From assembly GCA_003552665.1 (NCBI GenBank), contig PUNW01000166.1, positions 1 to 35,251 of the forward strand: a stretch of DNA of 35,251 nucleotides, read 5' to 3'. Shown piece after piece: positions 35,022-35,251 of the stretch. The number at the start of each line of letters is the position of its first letter. Within the stretch, counting starts at the first letter, position 1. This DNA comes from Spirochaetaceae bacterium. Lineage in GTDB: Bacteria > Spirochaetota > Spirochaetia > DSM-27196 > SLAA01. Position numbers and translations under genes: made by a program. The notes under the pieces are model-generated. The model did not search any database and was not told the origin of the DNA. It saw only the letters and a program-made list of their open reading frames with translations.

Positions 35022-35251
35022 CAATTATAACTGTACGAGAGAGTTCGCCTGTTGGGCAAGCCTCTGCGGTCGTACGGATCGGCGTGCAACCGACCGGCCT
35101 TACACTGCCGGCCGTCGCACCGAGCGCGCGGCGGTAGCAGATTCCCGGGATTAGATTTATGTTGATCATTTAGATTATTTAGGCTAAAATACCTGCAGTA
35201 GCGTTTTGAGCATAACAGAACTTACCATGACTGACATAGCTGCTGCACACA

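Noticed and set aside
35140-35251. AT-rich end of the window with a possible ATG at 35227
   Set aside because: Too little sequence to call a gene or origin; probably a promoter region.

Overview
GC-rich chromosomal window, most likely from a free-living spirochaete (Spirochaetaceae-like). This is inferred from the rpsT-hbb/HU-...-rho-rpmE gene order, the M23-bactofilin pair and very acidic exported proteins. Most of the window is housekeeping or signalling: an OmpR/BaeS-type two-component pair, DAACS symporter, glycine-betaine binding protein, U32 protein, OsmC, glutaredoxin, PAS hybrid kinase, CBS protein, rlmB, purFMND, tatD, M23/bactofilin/YaaR/YaaT, a heterodimeric ABC exporter, an acyltransferase, rpsT, HU, rho, rpmE2 and lnt. 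The accessory part is about 11.3-13.9 kb. It holds an intact tRNA-Leu(TAA) gene on the minus strand, a displaced 3' half of the same tRNA with a different variable arm 2.2 kb away, and between them an integrase-less island relic (arm-type repeats, intact higBA, a pseudogene, a truncated IS256). Both tRNA copies are followed by a 65-66 bp repeat unit whose 47-nt core folds into a tRNA minihelix (acceptor stem plus extended T-arm, no D or anticodon arm). This is the most unusual signal in the window. Other oddities are a catalytically degenerate M23 next to a bactofilin, a receiver domain with Asp-to-Glu at the phosphoacceptor, a TetR/Cache deletion scar and several apparently leaderless genes. 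All calls come from reading the sequence by eye; no searches were run.
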